Shown here piece by piece: positions 22,670 through 31,899 of a DNA stretch of 56,724 nucleotides; within the stretch, counting starts at the first letter, position 1, and each line of letters starts with the position of its first letter. Made by a program: the position numbers and the translations under genes. The notes beneath the pieces are model-generated. The model saw only the letters and a list, made by a program, of their open reading frames with translations, had not been told where the DNA came from and made no database searches. Source of the stretch: Actinomycetes bacterium (lineage in GTDB: Bacteria; Actinomycetota; Acidimicrobiia; IMCC26256; PALSA-610); assembly GCA_025463905.1 (NCBI GenBank), contig JAODBJ010000325.1, forward strand, positions 1 through 56,724, written 5' to 3'.

Positions 22670-25600
22670 GCCGCGTCGCATCGTCCCGCGGCACCGATAC
22701 GGGCCCGCTGCTGATGCCCGACCCGACCTGGTACAAGGACGCGGTCATCTACGAGCTACACGTGCGCGCGTTCTACGACAGCGACGCCGATGGCGTCGGC
22801 GACTTCGCCGGGCTCACGCAGAAGCTCGACTATCTGCAAGACCTCGGCGTGACCGCGCTGTGGTTGTTGCCGTTCTACCCATCGCCGTTGCGCGACGAGG
22901 GTTACGACACCGCCGACTACCGCGGCATCAACCCCGCATACGGCACGTTGCGACAGTTCCGGCGGTTCCTCGACGAAGCGCACAAACGCGGGTTGCGGGT
23001 GATCACCGAGTTGGTGCTCAACCACACCTCCGACCAGCACCCGTGGTTCCAACGGGCGCGCCGTTCACCGAAGGGGTCGCGTCAGCGCGACTGGTACGTG
23101 TGGAGCGACGACCCCAAGCGCTACGGCGACGCGCGCATCATCTTCCGCGACTTCGAGCAGTCGAACTGGGCGTGGGATGCGGTCGCGAACCAGTACTACT
23201 GGCATCGTTTCTACAGTCACCAGCCCGATTTGAACTACGACAACCCCGAGGTGCGGCGCGAGATGCTGCGCACCGTCGAATACTGGCTCGACACGGGCGT
23301 CGATGGGTTGCGCCTCGACGCGGTGCCGTACCTGTTCGAGCGCGAAGGCACGTCGTGCGAGAACCTGCCCGAGACGCACGACTTCTTGCGCGAGCTGCGC
23401 CGCTACGTCGACACGCGTTTCGAAGGTCGCATGTTGCTCGCGGAGGCGAACCAGTGGCCGGAAGACGCAGTCGAGTACTTCGGCGAAGGCGACGAGTGCC
23501 AGATGGCATTCCACTTTCCGGTGATGCCGCGCTTGTTCATGGGACTGCGGATGGAAGATCGGTTCCCGATCAGCGACATTCTCCGCCAGACTCCCGAGCC
23601 TCCACCCGGATGCCAGTGGGCGGTGTTCCTGCGCAACCACGACGAGTTGACCCTCGAAATGGTCACCGACGAAGAGCGCGACTACATGTACCGCGCGTAC
23701 GCGCACGACCCGCAGATGCGCATCAACCTCGGTATCCGGCGACGTCTCGCGCCCCTGCTGCACAACCACCGCCAGAAGATCGAGTTGATGCACGGGCTGC
23801 TGTGCTCGTTGCCGGGAACGCCGGTGCTGTACTACGGCGACGAGATCGGGATGGGCGACAACGTCTATCTCGGTGACCGCGACGGTGTGCGCACGCCGAT
23901 GCAATGGAGCGCGGACCGCAATGCCGGCTTCTCCACCTGTAATCCCCAACGCCTGTACCTGCCGGCGGTCATCGACCCCGAGTACCACTACGAGACCGTC
24001 AACGTCGAGGCGCAACTCGACAACCCCGACTCGCTCCTGTGGTGGGTACGGCGGTTGATCGCGCTACGGAAACGTCACCGCGTCTTCGGTCGGGGGACAG
24101 TGGAGCTCCTGTCGCCCGACAATCACCGGGTGCTCGCGTTCTTGCGGCGAGCGCAACCCGACATGGACGACAGTGCAAGCGACCGGGACCGAACGGTGCT
24201 CGTCGTCGCGAACCTCTCGCGCTTCGCGCAGTACGTGGAACTCGACCTCTCGGAGTTTCGCGGGCGCCGGCCGGTGGAGCTCTTCGGTCACACCACGTTC
24301 CCCGCGATCGGTGACCTTCCCTACTTGCTCACGCTCGGGCCGCACGCGTTCTACTGGCTCGCGCTCGACCCCGCGCGTGTCGAAGTGACGATGACCGACA
24401 CGAACGCGATGCCGGGCCTCGCCGCGCCGGGGCCGTGGACGGCGTTGTTCGAGCGTCGAAATCGCCGGCCGTTCGAAAGCGTGTTACCGCGTTTGTTGCG
24501 CACCCGCCGCTGGTTCGGTGGGAAGAACCGAACCATCACGGGCGCGCACATCGACGACTCCTTCGCGTTGCCCTTGCCGTACGGGTGGGTGGGCGACGAC
24601 GAGGCGGCCGCGAATCCCGAACCCGCGCTCGCGCTGTTCGTGCGGGTCGAATACCTCGACGGCGAACCGGAAACGTACGTGATGCCGGTGACGTTCCTTG
24701 CCGGCGCGGCCGGGCAACGGCTCGTAGAGGACCAGCCGGCCGCGGCCCTCGCGATCCTGCGCCCGGCCGAGAGCGAGGCGGGGTTGCTGGTCGACGCGCA
24801 TTGGGTGCCCGGCTTCGGCGTGGCGCTCGCGCAGTTGATCGCGCGCCGCCGCCAACTGCGGGGCGAGCACGGTGCGGTGGTGGGCGTGCCGAGCGCCGCC
24901 GGCACGGAGTATGTGTCGCGCACCCTCACCGAGGCACCAACGGTGAACGTGCTGCGCGGCGACCAGTCGAATACGTCGCTCGCGTTCGGCGAACGCATGA
25001 TCATGAAGACGCTCAGACGGGTCGAGCCGGGCGAGAACCCGGAGCTCGAGATGAGCCGTGTCCTCACGGACGAGGTGCACTTCCCGAATGCGCCCGCGCT
25101 CGTGGGCGCGCTCGTGTACCGAAGGGAGCGCACCGCCGACGCGACGCTCGCCGTCGTACATCGCTACGTACCCCATGAGAGTGACGCCTGGTCCTGGTTC
25201 CTCGAGTTCGTCGGCCGGTATTACGACGAAGTGCTCGCGCATCCCGACGCGCCGCTCGCCGTGGCGCTCGGACACCCGCTGTCGCTCGTGCGAGGACAGA
25301 CTTCGCAGCCGCTCGAACAGTTGACGCCGGGCGTGCTCGTGACCGCGGAACTACTCGGTTTACGTGTCGGGGAATTGCACCGCGCGCTCGCCAGTTCGCA
25401 CGGCCCTGCGTTCGTGCCCGAACCGGCGAACAGCCTCTCGCAACGCTCGGCGTACCAGACGATGCGTAACGGAGCGTCGCGCGCGTTGCGCGAACTCGAA
25501 CGGGCGATGCCGACGTTGTCGGAAGACGCGGCCGCCGACGCGGCCACCGTGCTGGCGAACTCGGAGGTCCTTTTCGATCGGCTGCGCGCGCTGCTCTCGG

Positions 25601-26118
25601 TGCGGGATGGCCTCCGCATTCGTGTGCACGGCGACTTGCACCTCGGCCAAGTGTTGTCGACCGGAAACGACTTCGTCATCCTCGATTTCGAAGGCGAACC
25701 CAGCCGAAGCCTGAGTGAGCGGCGGCTGAAGCGTTCGGCGTTGCGCGACGTGGCCGGGATGTTGCGGTCGTTCCACTACGCGGCGTACACGGCGATTCCC
25801 GAGGCGGTCGAACGAGGCCAGGTTCGCGAGGAACAGCGCCGAGAACTTCTCGAAGATGCGGCGGAACGGTGGGTGTCGAGCGTGTCGGCTGCCTTCCTGC
25901 GTGGGTATCTCGAGACGGTTGAAGGAACCGATCTTCTGCCCCGCGACCTGGGTGCGTTGCGCATTTCGCTCGACGCGCATCTGCTCGAGAAGGCGTGTTA
26001 CGAGATCCGGTACGAGCTCGATCATCGTCCCGATTATGTGGAGGTGCCGATCGCCGGTGTGCGGCGGCTCCTCATGCCCGACGAAGACACCAGCGACTTG
26101 GAAGGTGCCCTGCCGTGA
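22666..26118 (+). CDS. treS: Trehalose synthase fused to maltokinase (TreS-Pep2/Mak)
   Basis: The ATG at 22666 overlaps the glgE TGA (ATGA). N-terminal GH13 TreS motifs: [64 protein letters not shown]. The C-terminal half, about 450 aa, is maltokinase-like ([10 protein letters not shown]). Confidence 0.92.
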   Translation: MSRVASSRGTDTGPLLMPDPTWYKDAVIYELHVRAFYDSDADGVGDFAGLTQKLDYLQDLGVTALWLLPFYPSPLRDEGYDTADYRGINPAYGTLRQFRRFLDEAHKRGLRVITELVLNHTSDQHPWFQRARRSPKGSRQRDWYVWSDDPKRYGDARIIFRDFEQSNWAWDAVANQYYWHRFYSHQPDLNYDNPEVRREMLRTVEYWLDTGVDGLRLDAVPYLFEREGTSCENLPETHDFLRELRRYVDTRFEGRMLLAEANQWPEDAVEYFGEGDECQMAFHFPVMPRLFMGLRMEDRFPISDILRQTPEPPPGCQWAVFLRNHDELTLEMVTDEERDYMYRAYAHDPQMRINLGIRRRLAPLLHNHRQKIELMHGLLCSLPGTPVLYYGDEIGMGDNVYLGDRDGVRTPMQWSADRNAGFSTCNPQRLYLPAVIDPEYHYETVNVEAQLDNPDSLLWWVRRLIALRKRHRVFGRGTVELLSPDNHRVLAFLRRAQPDMDDSASDRDRTVLVVANLSRFAQYVELDLSEFRGRRPVELFGHTTFPAIGDLPYLLTLGPHAFYWLALDPARVEVTMTDTNAMPGLAAPGPWTALFERRNRRPFESVLPRLLRTRRWFGGKNRTITGAHIDDSFALPLPYGWVGDDEAAANPEPALALFVRVEYLDGEPETYVMPVTFLAGAAGQRLVEDQPAAALAILRPAESEAGLLVDAHWVPGFGVALAQLIARRRQLRGEHGAVVGVPSAAGTEYVSRTLTEAPTVNVLRGDQSNTSLAFGERMIMKTLRRVEPGENPELEMSRVLTDEVHFPNAPALVGALVYRRERTADATLAVVHRYVPHESDAWSWFLEFVGRYYDEVLAHPDAPLAVALGHPLSLVRGQTSQPLEQLTPGVLVTAELLGLRVGELHRALASSHGPAFVPEPANSLSQRSAYQTMRNGASRALRELERAMPTLSEDAAADAATVLANSEVLFDRLRALLSVRDGLRIRVHGDLHLGQVLSTGNDFVILDFEGEPSRSLSERRLKRSALRDVAGMLRSFHYAAYTAIPEAVERGQVREEQRRELLEDAAERWVSSVSAAFLRGYLETVEGTDLLPRDLGALRISLDAHLLEKACYEIRYELDHRPDYVEVPIAGVRRLLMPDEDTSDLEGALP

Positions 26119-28112
26119 GTTCCCGCGTGCGGGCGCTGCGTGCGCTCGCCAAGGCATACGGGGTGCAACGGCAATGGCGAGCAAGCGACGGGAACCGCGC
26201 GACCGTGAGCGATGACACGTTGCTGGTGCTCGTCCGGCTCCTCGGCGCGCAGCTCGACGACGCCGCGGGCGCACCCGACGCACTGCGCGCGTTCGAGGCC
26301 GAGCGCGCCGCGCGTGTCGTGGAACCGGTTGCGGTGCAGTGGGGCGACGAAAGGGTTTCACTCGAGGTCCGCATGCCGGCCGCGGCGCGCGACGCCGACG
26401 TGCAATGCACGGTGGAACTCGACGACGGCACGACGCGTGCATGGTCGGTACGAGGTGGCGACCTCTCCACGGAACCGTCAGGTGGGGCGAACGTGCGACG
26501 CGTGCGTCTCCCGGAGGCACTCCCGATCGGCGTGCACACCCTGCGAGTGGATGCCGCGCGAGCCTCGGCGGCCGCGACCCTGCTCGCGGCGCCCGCCCGT
26601 CTTCCGGTCGGTCGAAAGCAGTGGGGTGTGTTCGTACCGATGTACGCGCTCAGGCCCGACGACCGACCCGCCACCGGCGACCTCGCCACCTTCGAACGGT
26701 TCGCGCGTTGGGCGGGTTCGTTGGGCGCCGGTGTGCTCGGGACCTTGCCGTTGCTGGCGACGTTCTTCGGTGCGGGCCAAGAACCGAACGACCCGAGCCC
26801 GTACGCCCCGGTGACACGGCGGCACTGGAACGAGGTGTACCTCGACCTGAGCGCGGTGCCCGAAGTGGAGCCCGGCACGACGGTGGAAGAACCTTCGCCG
26901 GGCGAGTTCGTCGACCTGCCGGCACTCGCCGCGCGTAAGCGCGTCGTTCTCGAGCACGCCGCGACCCGGCTGGAGCAGCGCCCGGCGCGACGCGACGCGT
27001 TCGCGCGTTTCCTCGAAGAACGCCCCGACGTCGTCGCGTACGCGCAGTTCCGTGCCGGGGTGGAGCTCGGCGGCCCCGGTCCGGCTTCGCCGGTGCGCGT
27101 CGGAATCGAGCACCCGGTGGTGAGGTACCACGCGTACGCGCAGTGGCTGGTGGAAACACAGCTCGAAGCGCTGGCGCACGGGCTGCGGAAGCGCGACCAA
27201 GAGCTGTACCTGGACCTTCCCATCGGCGCGCACCCCGACGGTTTCGACGTCGCGGCGGAAGCGGACTTGTTTGCCCATGGCGCGTCGGTGGGTGCGCCGC
27301 CGGACCTTTTCTTCTCCGACGGGCAGTGCTGGGGGTTCCCGCCCGTACTTCCCCAGGTCGCCCGGGCCACCGGGCATCGGTACCTGCGCGAGTGCATCGG
27401 TGCTCACTTACGAATGGCTCGCTGGCTGCGCGTGGATCACGTCATCGGTTTCCACCGCATGTGGTGGGTGCCGAATGGCGCGTCTCCCCGCGACGGTGCG
27501 TACGTGTCGTATCCCGCGGAGGAGCAGTACGCGGTGCTCGCGATCGGTGCGGCTCGCGCCGGCGGCCATGTGGTGGGCGAGAATCTCGGAACCGTGCCGC
27601 CGGAAACGAACCGGGCGTTGCGACGCCACGGGATGCTCGGCATGCACGTCGTGCAGTTCGAGCTCGACCCTCGCGCCGAGCCTCCGCTGCGTCCGCCGGG
27701 CCCGCGCGAGCTCACCTGTCTCGATACGCACGACACCGCGACGTTCGCCGCGTTCTGGCGGGACCTCGATGCCGAATGCCGGGACGTGTTGCTGCGTACG
27801 TTGCGCGAGGCAGGTTGCCTGGACGCAACGGAAGGCGAGCCGCCCGCGGGAGACGTGCTTTCCGGGCTGCTCGCGTACCTCGGTGGAACGCGGGCCGAGG
27901 TAGTGCTCGCATCACTCGAAGATCTCTGGCTCGAGACGGAGCCGCAGAACGTTCCCGGCACCACGCCGGAACAACGACCGAACTTTCGGCGGCGCGCCGC
28001 TCGATCGCTCGCCGACCTCGAGTCGTCGACCGTGGAGCGCGACATCTTGCGTCGTCTCGACCGCGCGCGGGGCAGGCCGCGGCACGCCCCGGGTAGAGGA
28101 GTCAGGACATGA
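26115..28112 (+). CDS. malQ: 4-alpha-glucanotransferase (GH77, amylomaltase)
   Basis: The GTG at 26115 overlaps the treS TGA (GTGA). [36 protein letters not shown]. Confidence 0.88.
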   Translation: MSSRVRALRALAKAYGVQRQWRASDGNRATVSDDTLLVLVRLLGAQLDDAAGAPDALRAFEAERAARVVEPVAVQWGDERVSLEVRMPAAARDADVQCTVELDDGTTRAWSVRGGDLSTEPSGGANVRRVRLPEALPIGVHTLRVDAARASAAATLLAAPARLPVGRKQWGVFVPMYALRPDDRPATGDLATFERFARWAGSLGAGVLGTLPLLATFFGAGQEPNDPSPYAPVTRRHWNEVYLDLSAVPEVEPGTTVEEPSPGEFVDLPALAARKRVVLEHAATRLEQRPARRDAFARFLEERPDVVAYAQFRAGVELGGPGPASPVRVGIEHPVVRYHAYAQWLVETQLEALAHGLRKRDQELYLDLPIGAHPDGFDVAAEADLFAHGASVGAPPDLFFSDGQCWGFPPVLPQVARATGHRYLRECIGAHLRMARWLRVDHVIGFHRMWWVPNGASPRDGAYVSYPAEEQYAVLAIGAARAGGHVVGENLGTVPPETNRALRRHGMLGMHVVQFELDPRAEPPLRPPGPRELTCLDTHDTATFAAFWRDLDAECRDVLLRTLREAGCLDATEGEPPAGDVLSGLLAYLGGTRAEVVLASLEDLWLETEPQNVPGTTPEQRPNFRRRAARSLADLESSTVERDILRRLDRARGRPRHAPGRGVRT

Positions 28113-30004
28113 CGGATATGGACGAAGTTATAAGCGCCGACGACATCTACCTGTTCAACGAAGGCCGTCACTTCCGCCTCTACGAACATCTCGGCGCGCA
28201 CTGTTCGGACGGCGGTGTGACATTCGCGGTGTGGGCACCGAATGCGTCATCGGTGTCGGCGGTGGGGGACCGCAACGGCTGGACGCCGCACGCCGATGAG
28301 CTGCAGCCCTGCCAGTCGTCGGGGATCTGGGTGGGTGAGCTCGCCGGTTGGGGTGTCGGCGACCGTTACAAGTTCCACATCGAGGCGCGTAGCGGCTACC
28401 GCGTCGACAAGGCGGACCCGTTCGCATTCCAATCGGAGGAACCGCCGGCGACCGCTTCCGTCGTCGCGGACCTCGGTTACGAGTGGCACGACGACGACTG
28501 GATGGCGGCGCGCGGCGAGCACCACCGACTCGACGGGCCGATTTCGATCTACGAAGTGCACCTGGGTTCGTGGCGCCGCAACGCGAACGGCGACTTCCTC
28601 AGTTATCGCGAGATGGCACCGTTGCTCGCGCAGCACGCAAAGGAGCACGGCTTCACGCACGTGGAACTGCTCCCGATCATGGAGCATCCCTTCTACGGGT
28701 CGTGGGGGTACCAGACGACTGGCTACTTCGCGCCGACGCGCCGCTACGGCACGGCCACCGACTTCAAGGAGTTCGTCGACCACATGCACCACGAGGGGAT
28801 CGGCGTGATCCTCGACTGGGTGCCGTCGCACTTTCCTTCCGACGAGCATGCGCTCGGCTACTTCGACGGGACGCATCTCTTCGAGCATGCCGACCCGCGC
28901 CAAGGCTTCCATCCCGATTGGAACAGCCTCATCTTCAACTACGGGCGACCGGAAGTGCGTTCGTTTCTCATCAGCAGCGCCTGCTTCTGGCTCGACGCCT
29001 ATCACGGCGACGGCATACGCGTCGACGCGGTCGCGTCGATGCTCTACCTCGATTACTCGCGCAAAGCCGGCGAGTGGATACCGAACAAGTACGGCGGCCG
29101 CGAGAACCTCGAAGCGATCTCGTTCCTTCGCGAGTTGAACGAGGCCGTCTACGGCGGCTTCCCCGACGTGCATACGTACGCGGAGGAATCGACCGCGTGG
29201 CCAATGGTGTCGCGGCCCACGTACCTCGGCGGTCTCGGCTTCGGCATGAAGTGGGACATGGGCTGGATGCACGACACGCTGCTGTACATGTCGCGCGATC
29301 CGGTGCATCGTCGCTTCCACCACGACGAGCTCACGTTCCGGGCGATCTACGCGGGCAGCGAGAACTACGTGTTGCCCCTGTCGCACGACGAAGTGGTGCA
29401 TGGGAAGGGTTCGCTCGTCACGAAGATGCCGGGCGACGCGTGGCAGAAGCTCGCGAATCTCCGGCTGCTGCTTGCGTACCAGTGGGCGCTGCCGGCCAAG
29501 AAGCTGTTGTTCATGGGTGGCGAGATCGGTCAATGGCGCGAGTGGGACCACGAGAGCAGCCTCGAATGGCACCTGCTCGACGACGACGCGCACGCCGGCG
29601 TGGCGAGGCTCGTCGGCGACCTGAATCGTCTGCTCATTGCACAGCCGGCGCTGCACGAACGAGACACTGATCCTCACGGCTTCGGTTGGGCGGTCGCCGA
29701 CGACGCCGACCACAGCACGCTCGCGTTCCTCAGGTACGCGAACGACGGTTCGCCGCTGCTCTGGGTGGGGAATTTCACACCGATGCCTCAGTACAACTTC
29801 CGCACGCCGGTACCGCAGGGCGGACACTGGGTGGAAGCGTGCAACACCGATGCCGCGTCGTACGGCGGGAGCGGCGTCGGGAACCTCGGCGAGGTGGAGG
29901 CGTTGCCAGTGCCGGTCGGCGAGCACTACTGGTCCCTCACCCTCACCCTCCCGCCCCTCGGCGCCATCCTCCTCCACCCGCGTGCGTCGATAGGGGACAA
30001 ATAA
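28109..30004 (+). CDS. glgB: 1,4-alpha-glucan branching enzyme
   Basis: The ATG at 28109 overlaps the malQ TGA (ATGA). FAVWAPNASSVSAVGDRNGW, YEVHLGSWRR, VILDWVPSHFP, GIRVDAVASMLYLDY, EESTAWPMV, LPLSHDEVVHGKGS. Confidence 0.93.
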   Translation: MTDMDEVISADDIYLFNEGRHFRLYEHLGAHCSDGGVTFAVWAPNASSVSAVGDRNGWTPHADELQPCQSSGIWVGELAGWGVGDRYKFHIEARSGYRVDKADPFAFQSEEPPATASVVADLGYEWHDDDWMAARGEHHRLDGPISIYEVHLGSWRRNANGDFLSYREMAPLLAQHAKEHGFTHVELLPIMEHPFYGSWGYQTTGYFAPTRRYGTATDFKEFVDHMHHEGIGVILDWVPSHFPSDEHALGYFDGTHLFEHADPRQGFHPDWNSLIFNYGRPEVRSFLISSACFWLDAYHGDGIRVDAVASMLYLDYSRKAGEWIPNKYGGRENLEAISFLRELNEAVYGGFPDVHTYAEESTAWPMVSRPTYLGGLGFGMKWDMGWMHDTLLYMSRDPVHRRFHHDELTFRAIYAGSENYVLPLSHDEVVHGKGSLVTKMPGDAWQKLANLRLLLAYQWALPAKKLLFMGGEIGQWREWDHESSLEWHLLDDDAHAGVARLVGDLNRLLIAQPALHERDTDPHGFGWAVADDADHSTLAFLRYANDGSPLLWVGNFTPMPQYNFRTPVPQGGHWVEACNTDAASYGGSGVGNLGEVEALPVPVGEHYWSLTLTLPPLGAILLHPRASIGDK

Positions 30005-30024
30005 TGTCCCCTATCGACGCACGC
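29980..30024 (+). other. Perfect 20-bp inverted repeat (RNA hairpin) spanning the glgB stop codon and treZ start codon
   Basis: GCGTGCGTCGATAGGGGACA (29980-29999), loop AATAA (30000-30004), then TGTCCCCTATCGACGCACGC (30005-30024). All 20 pairs were checked base by base. The loop holds the TAA stop and the A of the ATG. The left arm holds the only SD-like sequence (AGGGGA). Confidence 0.9.
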
Positions 30025-31899
30025 CTCCCGGGGGCGCACGTCGTGCGGGGGCGGACGCGGTTTTCGGTCTGGGCGCCGAATCACGATCGCGTCCAACTCG
30101 CGTTGGACGGCGGCGAATCGGTCGAGATGGTGCCGCGTGTCGACGGCTGGTTCGACGTGTCGCTCGACGGCGAGCGGCACGGCGTGCGTTACCGGTACCG
30201 CGTCGGCGAACAAGACCTCGCCGACCCCGCATCGCGCTTTCAGCCCGACGGTGTGGACGGACCGTCGGCGGTACACGCGCCCCGGTTCGAGTGGAGTGAC
30301 GTGGGATGGCGCGGCCGCCCGTTGCACGACTACGTGATCTCGGAAGTGCATATCGGTACCTACACCGACGATGGCACGTTCGACGCGGCGATCGCGCATC
30401 TCGGGGAGTTGGTCGACCTCGGCGTTACCGCGGTGGAACTGATGCCGGTCGCGCAGTTTCCGGGTGCGCGCAACTGGGGTTACGACGGCGTGTTCCCGTA
30501 CGCGGTGCAGAACACCTACGGCGGTCCCGATTCGCTCAAGCGATTCGTCGACGCCGCGCATCGCCTCGGCCTGTGCGTCGTGCTCGATGTCGTGTACAAC
30601 CACCTCGGGCCCGAGGGCGACGTGCTGCGCGAGTTCGGCCCGTACTTCACCGACCGGTACCGCACGCCGTGGGGCGACGCGTTGAACTTCGACGGTCCCG
30701 AAAGTGACCCGGTGCGCGCCTTCTTCGTGCACAACGCACGCCAGTGGGTGCTCGAGTTCCACATCGACGCGCTGCGGCTTGACGCCGTGCATGCGATCGT
30801 CGACGGCAGCGCGTATCCGTTCGTCGAGCAACTCGCCGCGGCGGTGCACGAAGTGGCCCACGAGAGCGGACGGCACGTGTACACGATTGCCGAGAGCGCC
30901 GAGAATGATGCGCGCGTTATACGCGAGCCGAGGCAGGGCGGCATCGGGTGCGACGCGCAGTGGAGCGACGACTTCCACCACGCACTGCATGCGTTGCTCA
31001 CCGGCGAAGCCGCTGAGTACTACGCCGACTTCGGTTTGGTGAGCGACCTCTCGACCGCGTTTCGCGACGGTTATACGTTCGAGGGTCGCTATTCGCGGTT
31101 CCGACGGCGGACGTTCGGTCGCAGCGCCGCGGGGATCCCAGGCGAACGCTTCGTCGTGTTCGCGCAGAACCACGATCACATCGGCAATCGCGCCCGCGGC
31201 GAGCGCCTGAGCGCGCTGATCGACACTGACGGTCTGAAAGTGGCCGCCGCGACCGTGCTGTGCTCGCCGTTCGTACCGTTGCTCTTCATGGGCGAGGAGT
31301 ACGGAGAGAGCGCGCCGTTCCCCTATTTCGTGAGCCATTCCAATCCCGCGCTGGTTGACGCGGTGCGGAGAGGCCGGCAGGCGGAATTCGCGCAGTTCCA
31401 TGCCGCCGATGGCGCCGATGGCGCCGATGGCGCCGAGCGCGTGCCGGATCCGCAAGACGAAGCCACCTTCCGAATGGCGATCCTCGATCGGCGCCAACGC
31501 GAGAAGGAGCCGCACGCCGCGTTGCTCGACTGGCACCGCGATCTGCTGACGATGCGGCGAGCGGTGCCCGCGTTGGCGGCGCTCGACCCCGCGCACACCA
31601 CGACGGAGGTGCACGAAGACACGCGTGCACTCGTGGTGCGGCGTCGCGCGGTTCCCACCGAGGCCGCTGACGTGGCCGCGGGTGAAGCTGCGGAGGAAGC
31701 CGTCGACGAGGCAATGGTGGTGTTGACGTTCGGGCTCGACGACCTGGACGTGTCGATACCTGTTGCGCTCGGCGCCGGCCGCGAGTGGCGCGTGCTCCTC
31801 GACTCGCACCCGGGCCGGTTGCCGGCCGAGATCGGCGGTGACGCGATCGATCTCGTGCGGCCGGCCCGGTCGGTGCTCGTGCTCCGGCGCGCCGCGTGA
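30004..31899 (+). CDS. treZ: Malto-oligosyltrehalose trehalohydrolase
   Basis: ORF 29686..31899 trimmed to the ATG at 30004 (TAATG junction with glgB). RFSVWAPNHDRV, YVISEVHIGTYT, NWGYDGVFPYAVQNTYGGP, VVLDVVYNHLGPEG, IDALRLDAVHAI, FAQNHDHIGNR. Confidence 0.9.
   Translation: MSPIDARLPGAHVVRGRTRFSVWAPNHDRVQLALDGGESVEMVPRVDGWFDVSLDGERHGVRYRYRVGEQDLADPASRFQPDGVDGPSAVHAPRFEWSDVGWRGRPLHDYVISEVHIGTYTDDGTFDAAIAHLGELVDLGVTAVELMPVAQFPGARNWGYDGVFPYAVQNTYGGPDSLKRFVDAAHRLGLCVVLDVVYNHLGPEGDVLREFGPYFTDRYRTPWGDALNFDGPESDPVRAFFVHNARQWVLEFHIDALRLDAVHAIVDGSAYPFVEQLAAAVHEVAHESGRHVYTIAESAENDARVIREPRQGGIGCDAQWSDDFHHALHALLTGEAAEYYADFGLVSDLSTAFRDGYTFEGRYSRFRRRTFGRSAAGIPGERFVVFAQNHDHIGNRARGERLSALIDTDGLKVAAATVLCSPFVPLLFMGEEYGESAPFPYFVSHSNPALVDAVRRGRQAEFAQFHAADGADGADGAERVPDPQDEATFRMAILDRRQREKEPHAALLDWHRDLLTMRRAVPALAALDPAHTTTEVHEDTRALVVRRRAVPTEAADVAAGEAAEEAVDEAMVVLTFGLDDLDVSIPVALGAGREWRVLLDSHPGRLPAEIGGDAIDLVRPARSVLVLRRAA
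31405..31436 (+). repeat. In-frame 9-bp tandem repeat (GCCGATGGC)x3.5 inside treZ
   Basis: gccgatggc gccgatggc gccgatggc gccga encodes ADGADGADGAE. Confidence 0.9.
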
